From the sequence record NZ_CP019209.1: a DNA stretch of 64,000 nucleotides; one strand, given 5' to 3'. The notes beneath the pieces are model-generated. The model ran no database searches. It saw nothing but the letters and a program-made list of their open reading frames with translations, and was not told the DNA's origin. The first letter of the stretch is position 1; the number at the start of each line of letters is the position of its first letter. The position numbers were made by a program, and so were the translations under genes. Source of the stretch: a plasmid. Positions 46,303 through 55,627 of the stretch are shown piece after piece.

Positions 46303-47763
46303 ATGACCGAAAAAAAAATGAGTCTTATTGATCGATGTAAACAGATCGATATAGTGGATTTTGCTCGAAACAATGGAATGGCTGTAGTCAATAAAGGACG
46401 AGACTATCGCTTAGAAGACCATGATTCATTTGTTTTTGATCGAAGAAAACAACGTTTTTATTGGAACAGTCAAAATATTAGTGGCGACATTATTGAATTA
46501 GCTAAACTTTTTTTCATAGACAAAGAGATCCAAGACTCTAAGCAACAATTTAAAGCAGCCACAGATTTTATTCTAAAGAATGAAGACAAAACAGAACGAG
46601 TAGAAAATCTTCATTTTGAGACAGAAAAGTACAAAGATCACCCCGTTGATTATCAACCACTCACAGAAAAAGGAAGGAATTATCTGAAGGAAGAACGAAA
46701 ACTACCAGAGTGGCTGATTGATTATGCAGAAAAAGAAGGGTTGATTGCCGAACTAAAGCCAAAACATGAACGGCAAAATTTCTTAGTTCGAGACGATCGT
46801 TTAGATCATGCGGTCGCCTTTTTATGGAAAGATCCACAGACAAATGAGACAGTAGGGGCGAGTTATCAAGGAACGTTCATTGATTATGAACGTTTTGGTG
46901 AGAGAGGCACATATAAGCATATAGATAAAAATTCGACAGCGAATCATGGCTTTAACCTAAAGATCGGTGACCCTAAGCAGTTAAAATTTTTTGAGAGTAG
47001 TATTGATTTACTTAGCTATGCTGCACTAAATCGTGATCAGTTAAACGATACGTGGTTAGTTTCGATGGAAGGGTTAAAACACCATGTGATCAGTCATTAT
47101 TTTGGTGAGGCAGTATCTGAATTGAGAAAGAAACAAGCCTTTCCTCAATCCATCGAGATTTGTGTGGATAATGACCGTGCAGGACATATTTTCTACGAAA
47201 AAGAACAATTAATGGGCGCAGTTGATCCATTTACGAATCAGAAAGTACGTTGTGAACGAGGAATCGCTAATGATTGGCAAGTGCCAAAAGAATACAAAGT
47301 CATTTATGAAGAAGTCGCAAAAGAAGAAAAGATCACACCAGAAGCTATTATGGCCATACACAAGACAGAAAACAATCTGCAATTAACGAACCAATTGGTT
47401 TCCGCTCACAAAGTAAATGCGTCTTTTGGTCAGCAGCTTTCTGTTAACGATTCAATAGAAGCTATTAATTTGAAAGATATTTGTAGAGAAGTCGCAAAAG
47501 AATTAAAAGCTTGTGAACGCGTGGATGGTACGTACGATTTTGATCGTTTTTATCAAGAAAAAGGGGATATTAATGCTCAGATTCTTTTCTCTTATAAAGC
47601 AGAACAATACTACAAAGGCTATAAAAATCATGAACATGAATTTGTACCTGAAGTAAAAAAGGATTGGAATGATCAATTGAAGCATGAAATCTACCAACAA
47701 GAGATCAGAAAGCAAAAACGTGCCATGTTGTTTCAACAAGGTAGACAGCAAGAAAGGGAGTGA
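46303..47763 (+). CDS. Toprim/primase-like protein (conjugative plasmid DNA primase candidate)
   Basis: N-terminal zinc-binding/DUF3991-like region (LIDRCKQIDIVDFARNNGM...) and size/context beside topoisomerase III. Confidence 0.4.
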   Translation: MTEKKMSLIDRCKQIDIVDFARNNGMAVVNKGRDYRLEDHDSFVFDRRKQRFYWNSQNISGDIIELAKLFFIDKEIQDSKQQFKAATDFILKNEDKTERVENLHFETEKYKDHPVDYQPLTEKGRNYLKEERKLPEWLIDYAEKEGLIAELKPKHERQNFLVRDDRLDHAVAFLWKDPQTNETVGASYQGTFIDYERFGERGTYKHIDKNSTANHGFNLKIGDPKQLKFFESSIDLLSYAALNRDQLNDTWLVSMEGLKHHVISHYFGEAVSELRKKQAFPQSIEICVDNDRAGHIFYEKEQLMGAVDPFTNQKVRCERGIANDWQVPKEYKVIYEEVAKEEKITPEAIMAIHKTENNLQLTNQLVSAHKVNASFGQQLSVNDSIEAINLKDICREVAKELKACERVDGTYDFDRFYQEKGDINAQILFSYKAEQYYKGYKNHEHEFVPEVKKDWNDQLKHEIYQQEIRKQKRAMLFQQGRQQERE

Positions 47764-47770
47764 AATCGTC

Positions 47771-49978
47771 ATGATGAAAACCGTTATTTTAGCAGAAAAA
47801 CCGTCACAAGCGAAGGCTTATGCCGATAGCTTTTCTAAAGCTACCCGAAAAGATGGGTATTTTGAGATCCAAGATCGATTGTTTTCAGGAGAAACTGTGA
47901 TCACGTATGGTTTTGGTCATTTAGTCGAGTTAGATTCGCCCGATATGTACGATGAAAATTGGAAACAATGGTCATTAGAGCATTTGCCTATTTTCCCTAC
48001 ACATTATCACTATCATGTTCCTAAAGATAAGAAAAAGCAATTCAAGGTGGTGAAACAGCAACTTCAATCGGCCGACACCATTATTATTGCGACAGATAGC
48101 GATCGTGAAGGGGAACTGATAGCTTGGACGATCATTCAACAAGCAGGCGCCGATCATGGAAAGATATTTAAAAGACTTTGGATCAACTCCTTAGAAAAAG
48201 AAGCCATTTATCAGGGATTCCAGCAGTTACGAGATGCAGAAGAGACCTACCCAAAATTTGAAGAAGCACAAGCACGCCAGATCGCCGATTGGTTGATCGG
48301 CATGAACGGTAGCCCGCTGTATAGTTTACTCTTGCAGCAAAAAGGCATACCAGGAAGTTTTTCCTTAGGCAGAGTCCAAACCCCAACGCTTTACATGATT
48401 TATCAATTACAGGAAAAGATTAGAAACTTCCAAAAAGAACCATATTTTGAAGGAAAAGCCCAAGTAATCGCTCAAAATGGCGCATTTGATGCGAAGCTTG
48501 ATCCGAATGAAACCCAAGCGACGCAAGAAGCATTTGAAGATTATTTAAAAGAAAAGGGGGTTCAATTGGGAAAACAGCCAGGTACGATCCACCAAGTTGA
48601 AACCGAGAAAAAAAGTGCGGCAAGTCCACGTCTTTTTTCTCTATCCAGCCTTCAATCTAAAATGAATCAGCTCATGAAAGCTAGTGCCAAAGATACTTTG
48701 GAAGCCATGCAAGGGTTGTATGAAGGGAAATATCTAAGCTACCCACGAACAGATACCCCTTATATTACAGAAGGGGAGTATGCGTATCTGTTGGATCACT
48801 TAGACGAATACAAACACTTTTTAAAGGCCGAAGCCATTCCTACTCCTATTCATACACCGAATAGTCGATATGTGAATAATAAGAAAGTCCAGGAACATTA
48901 CGCGATCATTCCTACAAAGACGGTCATGACGGCAGCGGCTTTTGAACAATTAAGTCCACTGCAGCAGGCTATTTATGAACAAGTGTTAAAAACAACGGTG
49001 GCCATGTTTGCGGAAAAGTATACCTATGAAGAAACAACGATCTTGACGCAAGTTCAGCAGCTTCAGCTAAAGACAGTCGGAAAAGTACCAGTAGATCTAG
49101 GTTGGAAAAAGCTGTTTGGCAAAGAGAGCGACAGAAAAGAAAAGGAAGAAGAACCGCTACTTCCTAAAGTGACAAAAGGAGAAGCGGTGACGGTAGATCT
49201 ACAAGTCCTTGAAAAAGAAACGAAGCCACCACAACCTTATACCGAAGGTACGTTGATCACAGCGATGAAAACAGCTGGAAAAACCGTGGATAGCGAAGAA
49301 GCACAATCCATATTGAAAGAAGTAGAAGGAATCGGTACAGAAGCAACACGAGCAAATATTATTGAAACTTTGAAACAAAAGGAATATATCAAGGTAGAAA
49401 AAAATAAGCTTGTGGTGACAAATAAAGGGATTTTACTTTGCCAAGCCGTGGAAAAAGAGCCGCTGCTAACAAGTGCCGAAATGACCGCCAAATGGGAAAG
49501 TTACTTATTAAAGATTGGTGAGCAGAAAGGAACACAAGCTACTTTCTTAGCTAATATCCAAAAATTTGTCTCTCACTTGTTGGAAGTCGTACCGGGACAA
49601 ATCCAGTCAACAGATTTTGGATCAACGTTACAAGAGGTGAAAGCAGCCAGTGAAAAACAGGAAGCAACGCGTCATTTAGGTGTTTGTCCAAAATGTCGGG
49701 AACAAGAAGTCTTGCTTTATCAAAATGTGGCGGCATGTACGTCTGAAGCCTGTGATTTTAAATTATGGACAACGATTGCCAAAAAGAAACTCACAGCCAC
49801 ACAACTGAAAGAGATCATTCAAAACGGCCGAACAAGCCAATCAGTCAGAGGACTAAAAGGTCAGAAAGGTTCGTTTGAAGCAACGATCGTTTTAAAAGAA
49901 GACTTTACAACAGGCTTTGAATTTTCTGAAAAGAAAAAAACGAACTATAAGAAAAGAACACGCCGCACTACAAAATAA
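47771..49978 (+). CDS. topB: DNA topoisomerase III (type IA)
   Basis: N-terminal Toprim MKTVILAEKPSQAKAYA, type IA core, C-terminal zinc-ribbon CPKC...C. Confidence 0.85.
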   Translation: MMKTVILAEKPSQAKAYADSFSKATRKDGYFEIQDRLFSGETVITYGFGHLVELDSPDMYDENWKQWSLEHLPIFPTHYHYHVPKDKKKQFKVVKQQLQSADTIIIATDSDREGELIAWTIIQQAGADHGKIFKRLWINSLEKEAIYQGFQQLRDAEETYPKFEEAQARQIADWLIGMNGSPLYSLLLQQKGIPGSFSLGRVQTPTLYMIYQLQEKIRNFQKEPYFEGKAQVIAQNGAFDAKLDPNETQATQEAFEDYLKEKGVQLGKQPGTIHQVETEKKSAASPRLFSLSSLQSKMNQLMKASAKDTLEAMQGLYEGKYLSYPRTDTPYITEGEYAYLLDHLDEYKHFLKAEAIPTPIHTPNSRYVNNKKVQEHYAIIPTKTVMTAAAFEQLSPLQQAIYEQVLKTTVAMFAEKYTYEETTILTQVQQLQLKTVGKVPVDLGWKKLFGKESDRKEKEEEPLLPKVTKGEAVTVDLQVLEKETKPPQPYTEGTLITAMKTAGKTVDSEEAQSILKEVEGIGTEATRANIIETLKQKEYIKVEKNKLVVTNKGILLCQAVEKEPLLTSAEMTAKWESYLLKIGEQKGTQATFLANIQKFVSHLLEVVPGQIQSTDFGSTLQEVKAASEKQEATRHLGVCPKCREQEVLLYQNVAACTSEACDFKLWTTIAKKKLTATQLKEIIQNGRTSQSVRGLKGQKGSFEATIVLKEDFTTGFEFSEKKKTNYKKRTRRTTK

Positions 49979-49993
49979 TGAAGGGGTTATCCT

Positions 49994-50143
49994 ATGCGAA
50001 ATACAACACACAAACAACAAGAAATCGAAAATCAAAAAGCAAAAATTCGTTTAGAACAAGAGAAATTACGTGCAAATAAAAGAAGACTGCAACAATTAAA
50101 GAACCAGCAGCGCATTCAAAAAGAAATCGAATTAGATCGATAG
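49994..50143 (+). CDS. Small coiled-coil protein (49 aa)
   Basis: RBS AAGGGG; heptad-rich basic sequence. Confidence 0.3.
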   Translation: MRNTTHKQQEIENQKAKIRLEQEKLRANKRRLQQLKNQQRIQKEIELDR

Positions 50144-50218
50144 ACGTTAATCTTGTTACAAATAAACTACTATGATATATTTGATGTAGTGTATTTGTAA
50201 CGAAGGGAGGGGAAGTAA

Positions 50219-50812
50219 ATGCAAGATAAACTGAAAGAATTGTTGGCTATTCGCGATGGAAATTTATCTATGAAGGAAGCCAGGAAATTTGGAATCGCAG
50301 CAACCACTGTACAAAGATTGGTGAATCAAGGAAAATTGATCAAAGTTGATCGTGGTTATTATGTAGAGGATGGTCATGGAATAGATGATTTATTTTGGCT
50401 TCAGCAACGATTTTCCAGGGGAATCTTCTCTCATGAAACGACTTTAGATATTTACCAGCTTTCTACGAATATGCCGAAATTCATTCACTTAACTTTTCCC
50501 CATGGCTATAACGTTGATCGTTCAATTACAAAAGAGCAGCAGTTACAATTTCATTTCGTGAAGAAAGAAGTTTATGAACTAGGAAAAGTAGAGGGAACTT
50601 CCTTTCAAGGAAATCCTATTACTATGTATGATAAAGAGCGTACACTTTGTGATATTTGGAATCCGAGATATGAATTTGAATATGAAATGAAATTAGAAGC
50701 ATTAAAAGAGTACATGGAAGACCCATTGAGAGATCCAAGTAAATTAAGAGATTACATGACAAAACTACATGTAGAAAAAGAAATGAAATACCACATGCAA
50801 AGCTTATATTGA
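50219..50812 (+). CDS. abiEi: AbiEi-like antitoxin / transcriptional regulator (type IV TA, abortive infection)
   Basis: N-terminal wHTH (LAIRDGNLSMKEARKFGIAATTVQRLVNQGKLIKVDRGYY) with the typical AbiEi C-terminal domain; precedes a DUF1814 nucleotidyltransferase. Confidence 0.65.
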   Translation: MQDKLKELLAIRDGNLSMKEARKFGIAATTVQRLVNQGKLIKVDRGYYVEDGHGIDDLFWLQQRFSRGIFSHETTLDIYQLSTNMPKFIHLTFPHGYNVDRSITKEQQLQFHFVKKEVYELGKVEGTSFQGNPITMYDKERTLCDIWNPRYEFEYEMKLEALKEYMEDPLRDPSKLRDYMTKLHVEKEMKYHMQSLY

Positions 50813-50824
50813 TGGAGGAAAAAG

Positions 50825-51724
50825 ATGACACCGACACAATTTGCAGCAAAAACAAGAAATTTAGCAAAGAGTACAGGATTAAATGCACAGTTAGTGCAAC
50901 GGCATTTTATGATGGATCGTCTAATTGAACAAATTTCTGAATCAAAGTACAAAAATGACTTCATTTTGAAAGGCGGCTTTTTATTAGGATCAAAATATGG
51001 AATCGATAGAAGGACAACAATTGATATCGATACGACATTTAGAAATAGCAAATTAACTGAAGAAAAATTGAAGAGCATTTTTAATGATTTAACTAGAAAA
51101 CCCACAAAAGAAGGCATTGTTTTCTCTATTCAAGGAATGAAGGAAACAAGAGAAGCCGATTTTTATCCTGGATTTCAAATTAAATTGGTGGCTAATTTAG
51201 AGAAAGTACGTGTACCGTTTAAAATGGACGTGACAACAGGAGATTCTATTTATCCTGAAGTAGATACACACTATCACCAATTAATGTTTGAAGATAAAAA
51301 AGTGGAGATTCCAGCTTATCCAACAGAACAAATTATTGCAGAAAAGCTAAGTGCTACGTTCAGCTTTGGCACAGATAATTCGAGAGCAAAAGATTACTAC
51401 GACTTATTTACCATTCCGAAACTAGAAAATATCGATACGAAAGAGTTATACAAAAGTGTTCGAAATACATTTACAAAACGTGGGGATACAAAACCGTTGT
51501 CCTTTTATTATGAAAGAGAAATGGATAAGATCAGAGGAAATGACTATTTGGAAAAGCAGTGGGAAAAATATCGCTCAGTTAACACGTTTGCGAATTCCAT
51601 TTCATTTACAGATACAGTCAACGAAATTGATCACCTAATGAAAAGTGTGATCAAAATTGAAAATCAAGAAAGAAAACGGCAGTTTAAAAGATCACAACAA
51701 ATGAATCAAGAAATGGAGAGATAA
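50825..51724 (+). CDS. abiEii: AbiEii/AbiGii-family nucleotidyltransferase toxin (DUF1814)
   Basis: NTase-fold motifs (ILKGGFLLG...IDIDT) and pairing with the AbiEi-like gene. Confidence 0.65.
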   Translation: MTPTQFAAKTRNLAKSTGLNAQLVQRHFMMDRLIEQISESKYKNDFILKGGFLLGSKYGIDRRTTIDIDTTFRNSKLTEEKLKSIFNDLTRKPTKEGIVFSIQGMKETREADFYPGFQIKLVANLEKVRVPFKMDVTTGDSIYPEVDTHYHQLMFEDKKVEIPAYPTEQIIAEKLSATFSFGTDNSRAKDYYDLFTIPKLENIDTKELYKSVRNTFTKRGDTKPLSFYYEREMDKIRGNDYLEKQWEKYRSVNTFANSISFTDTVNEIDHLMKSVIKIENQERKRQFKRSQQMNQEMER

Positions 51725-51726
51725 AG

Positions 51727-52212
51727 ATGATCAATAATGTAACTTTAGTAGGACGCTTAACCAAAGATCCAGATTTACGTTATACCGCGAGTGGTACTGC
51801 AGTAGCGACTTTTACCCTAGCTGTCAACCGAAATTTCACGAATCAAAACGGCAATCGAGAAGCTGATTTTATTAACTGTGTGATTTGGCGCAAACCAGCA
51901 GAAACGATGGCGACATTAGCTAAAAAGGGCAGTTTGATCGGCGTTGTTGGACGGATTCAAACCCGAACCTACGATAACCAACAAGGACAACGTGTGTATG
52001 TGACAGAAGTTGTGGCCGATAATTTCCAACTATTAGAAAGTAAAGCAGCGACAGAAAGCCGTGCGCACGCTGATCAATCGTCCAGCAGTCCAAGCCCTAC
52101 CACCTTTGAACAACGGGATGTAGCTACGCCTAACAACAATGGATTGAACGCTTCACAAAATCCATTTGGCGGACAATCAATCGATATTAGTGATGATGAT
52201 TTACCATTCTGA
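51727..52212 (+). CDS. ssb: Single-stranded DNA-binding protein
   Basis: OB-fold N-terminus [20 protein letters not shown] and acidic tail DDDLPF. Confidence 0.9.
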   Translation: MINNVTLVGRLTKDPDLRYTASGTAVATFTLAVNRNFTNQNGNREADFINCVIWRKPAETMATLAKKGSLIGVVGRIQTRTYDNQQGQRVYVTEVVADNFQLLESKAATESRAHADQSSSSPSPTTFEQRDVATPNNNGLNASQNPFGGQSIDISDDDLPF

Positions 52213-52352
52213 TTGTAAAAGATCAATAAAGTTGTTATAATGGATACGAAAAGAGGAGTTGCGCTAACAACTCCCCTAACAGCACCGTTTAAGACGGTGA
52301 CCAGCTTAATATTATTTTTGAAAAATAATCGTCGACCGGCTAAAGCTGACGG

Positions 52353-52457
52353 TTATTTTTTTTGATTGTTGTTTACAACTGCTAAGATTCCAAAAATGAT
52401 TGTTGCGATCAAAGAACCGAAACTAATCATTAATCCTAGCGCCGTTTCAACAGGCAA
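52353..52457 (-). CDS. Hol-Tox-family micro-peptide (putative holin-like/type I toxin), 34 aa from a TTG start
   Basis: AAAGGAGAA SD 6 nt before TTG; LPVETALGLMISFGSLIATIIFGILAVVNNNQKK matches the Hol-Tox pattern (ALxLMISFG...KK). The annotated 67-aa ORF upstream part lacks an RBS. Confidence 0.45.
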   Translation of the reverse strand: MPVETALGLMISFGSLIATIIFGILAVVNNNQKK

Positions 52458-52630
52458 AAGGCTTCTCCTTTCTGTAAGATTTTGGAAGTACGCACATACG
52501 CACCACCTCACTTTCAATCGGATAGCCACCGTCACAAACTTTACTGTCTTGATCATTATAGCATATCTAAAATCGAATAAAAATTCTCAATTTTAGCTGT
52601 TTTTGCTATAATTTTAGCGAGGTGATCGTG

Positions 52631-52891
52631 ATGAACAAATATGTTGGTTTGCTTGATAAAATCCGAGTAATAAAAACACAACCATTATTGGTTCGCTTTA
52701 CTTTACAAACAATTCATGAATCGATTAATTGTGTAGTTGCAGATATTGAAATTATCGATAAATTGTTAATTATGGATGATGGAAAATACAATATTGCCGT
52801 CACAGGTCATTTCAATAAACGGAATCAATTAGTCATTGAATCGATGCAAATTAGAAACCCCGATCATTTTACGCGATCGATGGGCATATAA
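52631..52891 (+). CDS. Hypothetical protein (86 aa)
   Basis: Followed by terminator hairpin agagctgca...tgcagctct. Confidence 0.35.
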   Translation: MNKYVGLLDKIRVIKTQPLLVRFTLQTIHESINCVVADIEIIDKLLIMDDGKYNIAVTGHFNKRNQLVIESMQIRNPDHFTRSMGI

Positions 52892-53040
52892 AAGAAGAGC
52901 TGCAGTCCTAAATGAGGATTGCAGCTCTTTTTGTTTTACATAGAAACAGGAAAAGACCTTTTTAGGAAGACACAAGTGCCTTCTCAATTGAAAAACCTTT
53001 CTCTCACTCCAACCGCCACCGCCGTTCGAGAAGAAAGGAA

Positions 53041-53059
53041 GTGAACGTTGCACGTTCAC
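53041..53059. promoter_or_regulatory. Perfect palindrome GTGAACGTTGCACGTTCAC (operator-like)
   Basis: Seen directly. Confidence 0.3.
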
Positions 53060-53138
53060 TAAGATATGGTGTCTTGCAAAGCAAGACAAAATAGAAAAAA
53101 CTTCCTCTCACCAAAAGGTTCGTTCCTGTTCGCTATCT

Positions 53139-53270
53139 CTTTATTGATTTGCCAGACCGGCAACAAGTTGCCTTTTATCACCAAAAAGCGACAAGGACAA
53201 GGGTAAATGGCACGCTGCGCGCCCTTGTCCTTGTCGCTTTTCGTTGATTCATTCTGGCCAACAAATCAAT
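53139..53270. promoter_or_regulatory. Nested inverted-repeat complex with a 19-bp perfect-stem hairpin (aaagcgacaaggacaaggg / cccttgtccttgtcgcttt) flanked by 13-bp IR ctttattgatttg: candidate oriT / ssDNA promoter / sso
   Basis: Seen directly. Located between the ssb/AbiE block and an operon of small proteins, all co-directional. Confidence 0.35.
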
Positions 53271-53327
53271 AAAGAAAGAACTAACGAAAGGAAATAAAAC
53301 CTTTCCTAAGAGGAGGCAGAATCAATC

Positions 53328-53534
53328 ATGCGAAAGAAATTTGATTATTGGGGTGTTCCCTTCAGCGAATTATTCCCAAACTATCATGCACCACATACTG
53401 TCGAATGCGATTGTGGAGAAAGAGCGAAATGTATCAAAAGCTATCGTTTGTATCAATGTCCAACATGCGGGAAAAAATATACCTTGTCTTATGGCGATTA
53501 TGTTTTGATTGATGAGAAAGTAAAGAAACGGTGA
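53328..53534 (+). CDS. Zinc-ribbon small protein (68 aa)
   Basis: CDC...C...CPTC motif; RBS AGGAGG. Confidence 0.45.
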   Translation: MRKKFDYWGVPFSELFPNYHAPHTVECDCGERAKCIKSYRLYQCPTCGKKYTLSYGDYVLIDEKVKKR

Positions 53535-53785
53535 TGAAAACACAACACAAATTATTGACTGTAAAAGAAGTCGTTCAAATTTTGGTGGACAAAGAAGTCA
53601 TTTCTGAAAAAGTAGCAGAAGCTTTACTTATTCCGCGGTACTGGACGATAGAAACCCCTTTAGTAGAGGATGCACCGACTATGCTATTTGAAGACCTAGT
53701 GAAGATTGCAGGATATGAACTGCATTATCAAGAAAACATGGAAACTTATGAAATCGAATATTGGTTAACCAAATTAGAGAACTAA
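53531..53785 (+). CDS. Hypothetical acidic protein (84 aa)
   Basis: Overlapping start/stop with the upstream gene. Confidence 0.4.
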   Translation: MMKTQHKLLTVKEVVQILVDKEVISEKVAEALLIPRYWTIETPLVEDAPTMLFEDLVKIAGYELHYQENMETYEIEYWLTKLEN

Positions 53786-53799
53786 AAAGGAGAAAAAAT

Positions 53800-54237
53800 A
53801 TGGCTCAAAATTACTATGACGAATTTGTCAAATTACCTTTGGATAAAATGGCACAAAAAATGGAGGATATGACGTTCCTATACCATGAAACACGTGTACC
53901 CAAAAAACATTACAAGGAAAAATTGTCAGTCGCAGTGGAAGAAATGATTGAATCAGGTGTCGAAATGAATCTCATTGCGACGTACTATCGAACACTGGAA
54001 GAACTGAAAAAACAAAATGGAAAATGGTTTTTCCAAGCCTTACTATGCTTGGAAGTAGGTGTCAAACCAAGCACTATCAAACCTTCCGAATATCAAGCCT
54101 TAGAACTGACTTATGCAAAATTCGCACAGATTAAGAAAGCTAAAGCAATGGCTAGCGACTGGCTAGATACTTTTGAAAATATCGAAAAAAATGGTGCATT
54201 TTATACGATTGAATCGGAGGAGAAAGATAATGAATAA
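53800..54237 (+). CDS. Hypothetical protein (145 aa)
   Basis: RBS AAAAAGGAGAAAAAATATG. Confidence 0.4.
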   Translation: MAQNYYDEFVKLPLDKMAQKMEDMTFLYHETRVPKKHYKEKLSVAVEEMIESGVEMNLIATYYRTLEELKKQNGKWFFQALLCLEVGVKPSTIKPSEYQALELTYAKFAQIKKAKAMASDWLDTFENIEKNGAFYTIESEEKDNE

Positions 54238-54937
54238 GGTGGTTTATCAGCTAACAACAGAAGATGTTTCGCAATTTTTAACAAACAAAGAACACTTGAA
54301 TGAAGTAATCAGACGGATTCAAAAAGACTTTAGTTGTATGGAAGAAATGAAGTACTTTATTCAAAGAGTGGAAGAACAGTTGTATATGGAAAGTGAAACG
54401 AGTCAAACGAAGGTTACAGTCAGCCATAATCGTTTAGACGTGTATAAACGTCGTCCTGACACATTAAAAAAAGGAGCGGAGCTTCTACGACTAGAAACAG
54501 AAAAATATATCATGAATGTTTACCTAGAAAGGAGTGAGCTGGTCGAAAACTTTGTCAGCTACACGATTTGCAGGAAACACTATTACTCAGAATCAGAATA
54601 TTATTCAATTTTTGAGAGCATGGAATTAATGGAAGAAGAAATGGAAGAGCTAAACAGCAAAGATGCGACGGTAGACGATTATTACCTTGTATTTACTAGA
54701 TTTTTGACGTGTGGGACGGAATCTATCGTGTTAATGGGAATGGATTATGAACTCACTGTACCCGAAGCATTTTTGAGGGAATATGTAGAAGAAGTAGATA
54801 ACCCAGGCGACGACTGGTACACGACTTTAACTGATTTTTTAGACACCTACACTTACGACGATACAGAAGAAATCCAAAATGAACTTGACCGTAAACGAAT
54901 GCCATATCAACGATTTGAAAGGAAAAAAGGTCAATAA
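54230..54937 (+). CDS. Hypothetical highly acidic protein (235 aa); DNA-mimic/anti-restriction candidate
   Basis: RBS GGAGGAGAAAG; D/E/Y-rich C-terminal half; overlaps the upstream stop. Confidence 0.35.
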   Translation: MNKVVYQLTTEDVSQFLTNKEHLNEVIRRIQKDFSCMEEMKYFIQRVEEQLYMESETSQTKVTVSHNRLDVYKRRPDTLKKGAELLRLETEKYIMNVYLERSELVENFVSYTICRKHYYSESEYYSIFESMELMEEEMEELNSKDATVDDYYLVFTRFLTCGTESIVLMGMDYELTVPEAFLREYVEEVDNPGDDWYTTLTDFLDTYTYDDTEEIQNELDRKRMPYQRFERKKGQ

Positions 54938-55101
54938 CCATTTATACCGAAAAGTGAGGATGTGTGAAATAAGAACAAAAAACCTTGAAATTAAGGGAAT
55001 GGTTCTTATTTCGCACCAATCGATCCAACCGCCCCCGCCGCTTAGGTGGTGCGAAATAAGCGGGCAAAGCCCGATAACCTAAGAGAAAGAAGGAGATCCA
55101 T

Positions 55102-55302
55102 ATGAATAAAATCATTCCTCTATTGTTCGTACTGTTTGTTGGCGAGATACTTATGCGTCATGGTGCAGCTCTACATTTAAACTTCGTAGTATTCTTAGGA
55201 ATACTGGTATTTTGTTTGATCTTTTGGCGCTTTGTGTTAACCCTTGTGAGTCTAATATTCAAGTTGATTGCAGCCATATTTTTAATAGGGTTATTTCGAT
55301 GA
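55102..55302 (+). CDS. Small hydrophobic membrane protein (66 aa)
   Basis: Two predicted TM helices; RBS AAGGAG. Confidence 0.4.
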   Translation: MNKIIPLLFVLFVGEILMRHGAALHLNFVVFLGILVFCLIFWRFVLTLVSLIFKLIAAIFLIGLFR

Positions 55303-55317
55303 AAGGAGAGAGTACTA

Positions 55318-55497
55318 ATGCCAATTGCAATAGGAAATAAACGGTTACCCGTGACGTTGGATGAAAAGAGACAAAAAGAATTGCAGCAACTAAAGCAGAA
55401 GTACGGCAAAAGTGAATCCAGGATTATGTGTATTGCGTTAGATTTATTGATTGCCCAAGAAAAAGCAGGATTTGAGGTACCAGCACTCAAAAAGTGA
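55318..55497 (+). CDS. Ribbon-helix-helix (CopG-like) DNA-binding protein, 59 aa (not in ORF track)
   Basis: RBS AAAGGAGAG; KRLPVTLDEKRQKELQQLKQKYGKSESRIMCIALDLL is an RHH pattern. Followed by the perfect palindromic terminator aaaaagtgacgtcacttttt. Confidence 0.45.
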   Translation: MPIAIGNKRLPVTLDEKRQKELQQLKQKYGKSESRIMCIALDLLIAQEKAGFEVPALKK

Positions 55498-55575
55498 CGT
55501 CACTTTTTATCCTAAAAACTAAAAGTGATAGCACTTTTAATTATAAGAAGTTAGAATATTAATCATTTGCTTAAT

Positions 55576-55595
55576 TGTACAATATAATGTACAAT
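55576..55595. promoter_or_regulatory. axe-txe operator: TGTACAAT ATAA TGTACAAT repeats in the promoter
   Basis: Seen directly, upstream of axe. Confidence 0.45.
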
Positions 55596-55627
55596 TGTTT
55601 TATAGAAATAAATAAGGGGTGAAAGGA

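Noticed and set aside
46206-49736. Several 60-89-aa minus-strand ORFs
   Set aside because: Antisense within the primase-like and topoisomerase III genes.
50622-51117. 88-aa and 121-aa minus-strand ORFs
   Set aside because: Antisense across the AbiEi/AbiEii genes, which have recognisable domains.
52366-52596. 76-aa plus-strand ORF overlapping the Hol-Tox locus
   Set aside because: No RBS; overlaps the better-supported minus-strand micro-ORF and its leader.
52829-53089. 86-aa minus-strand ORF in the hairpin-rich region
   Set aside because: Spans palindromes/terminator, no RBS; the region is better explained as cis-acting DNA.
54753-55082. 62-aa minus-strand and 67-aa plus-strand ORFs
   Set aside because: The first is antisense to the 235-aa gene. 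The second covers a terminator hairpin (gaaataagaac...gttcttatttc) and a GC-rich spacer without an RBS.
55158-55490. 110-aa minus-strand ORF
   Set aside because: Antisense to the small membrane protein and RHH genes, both of which have RBSs.
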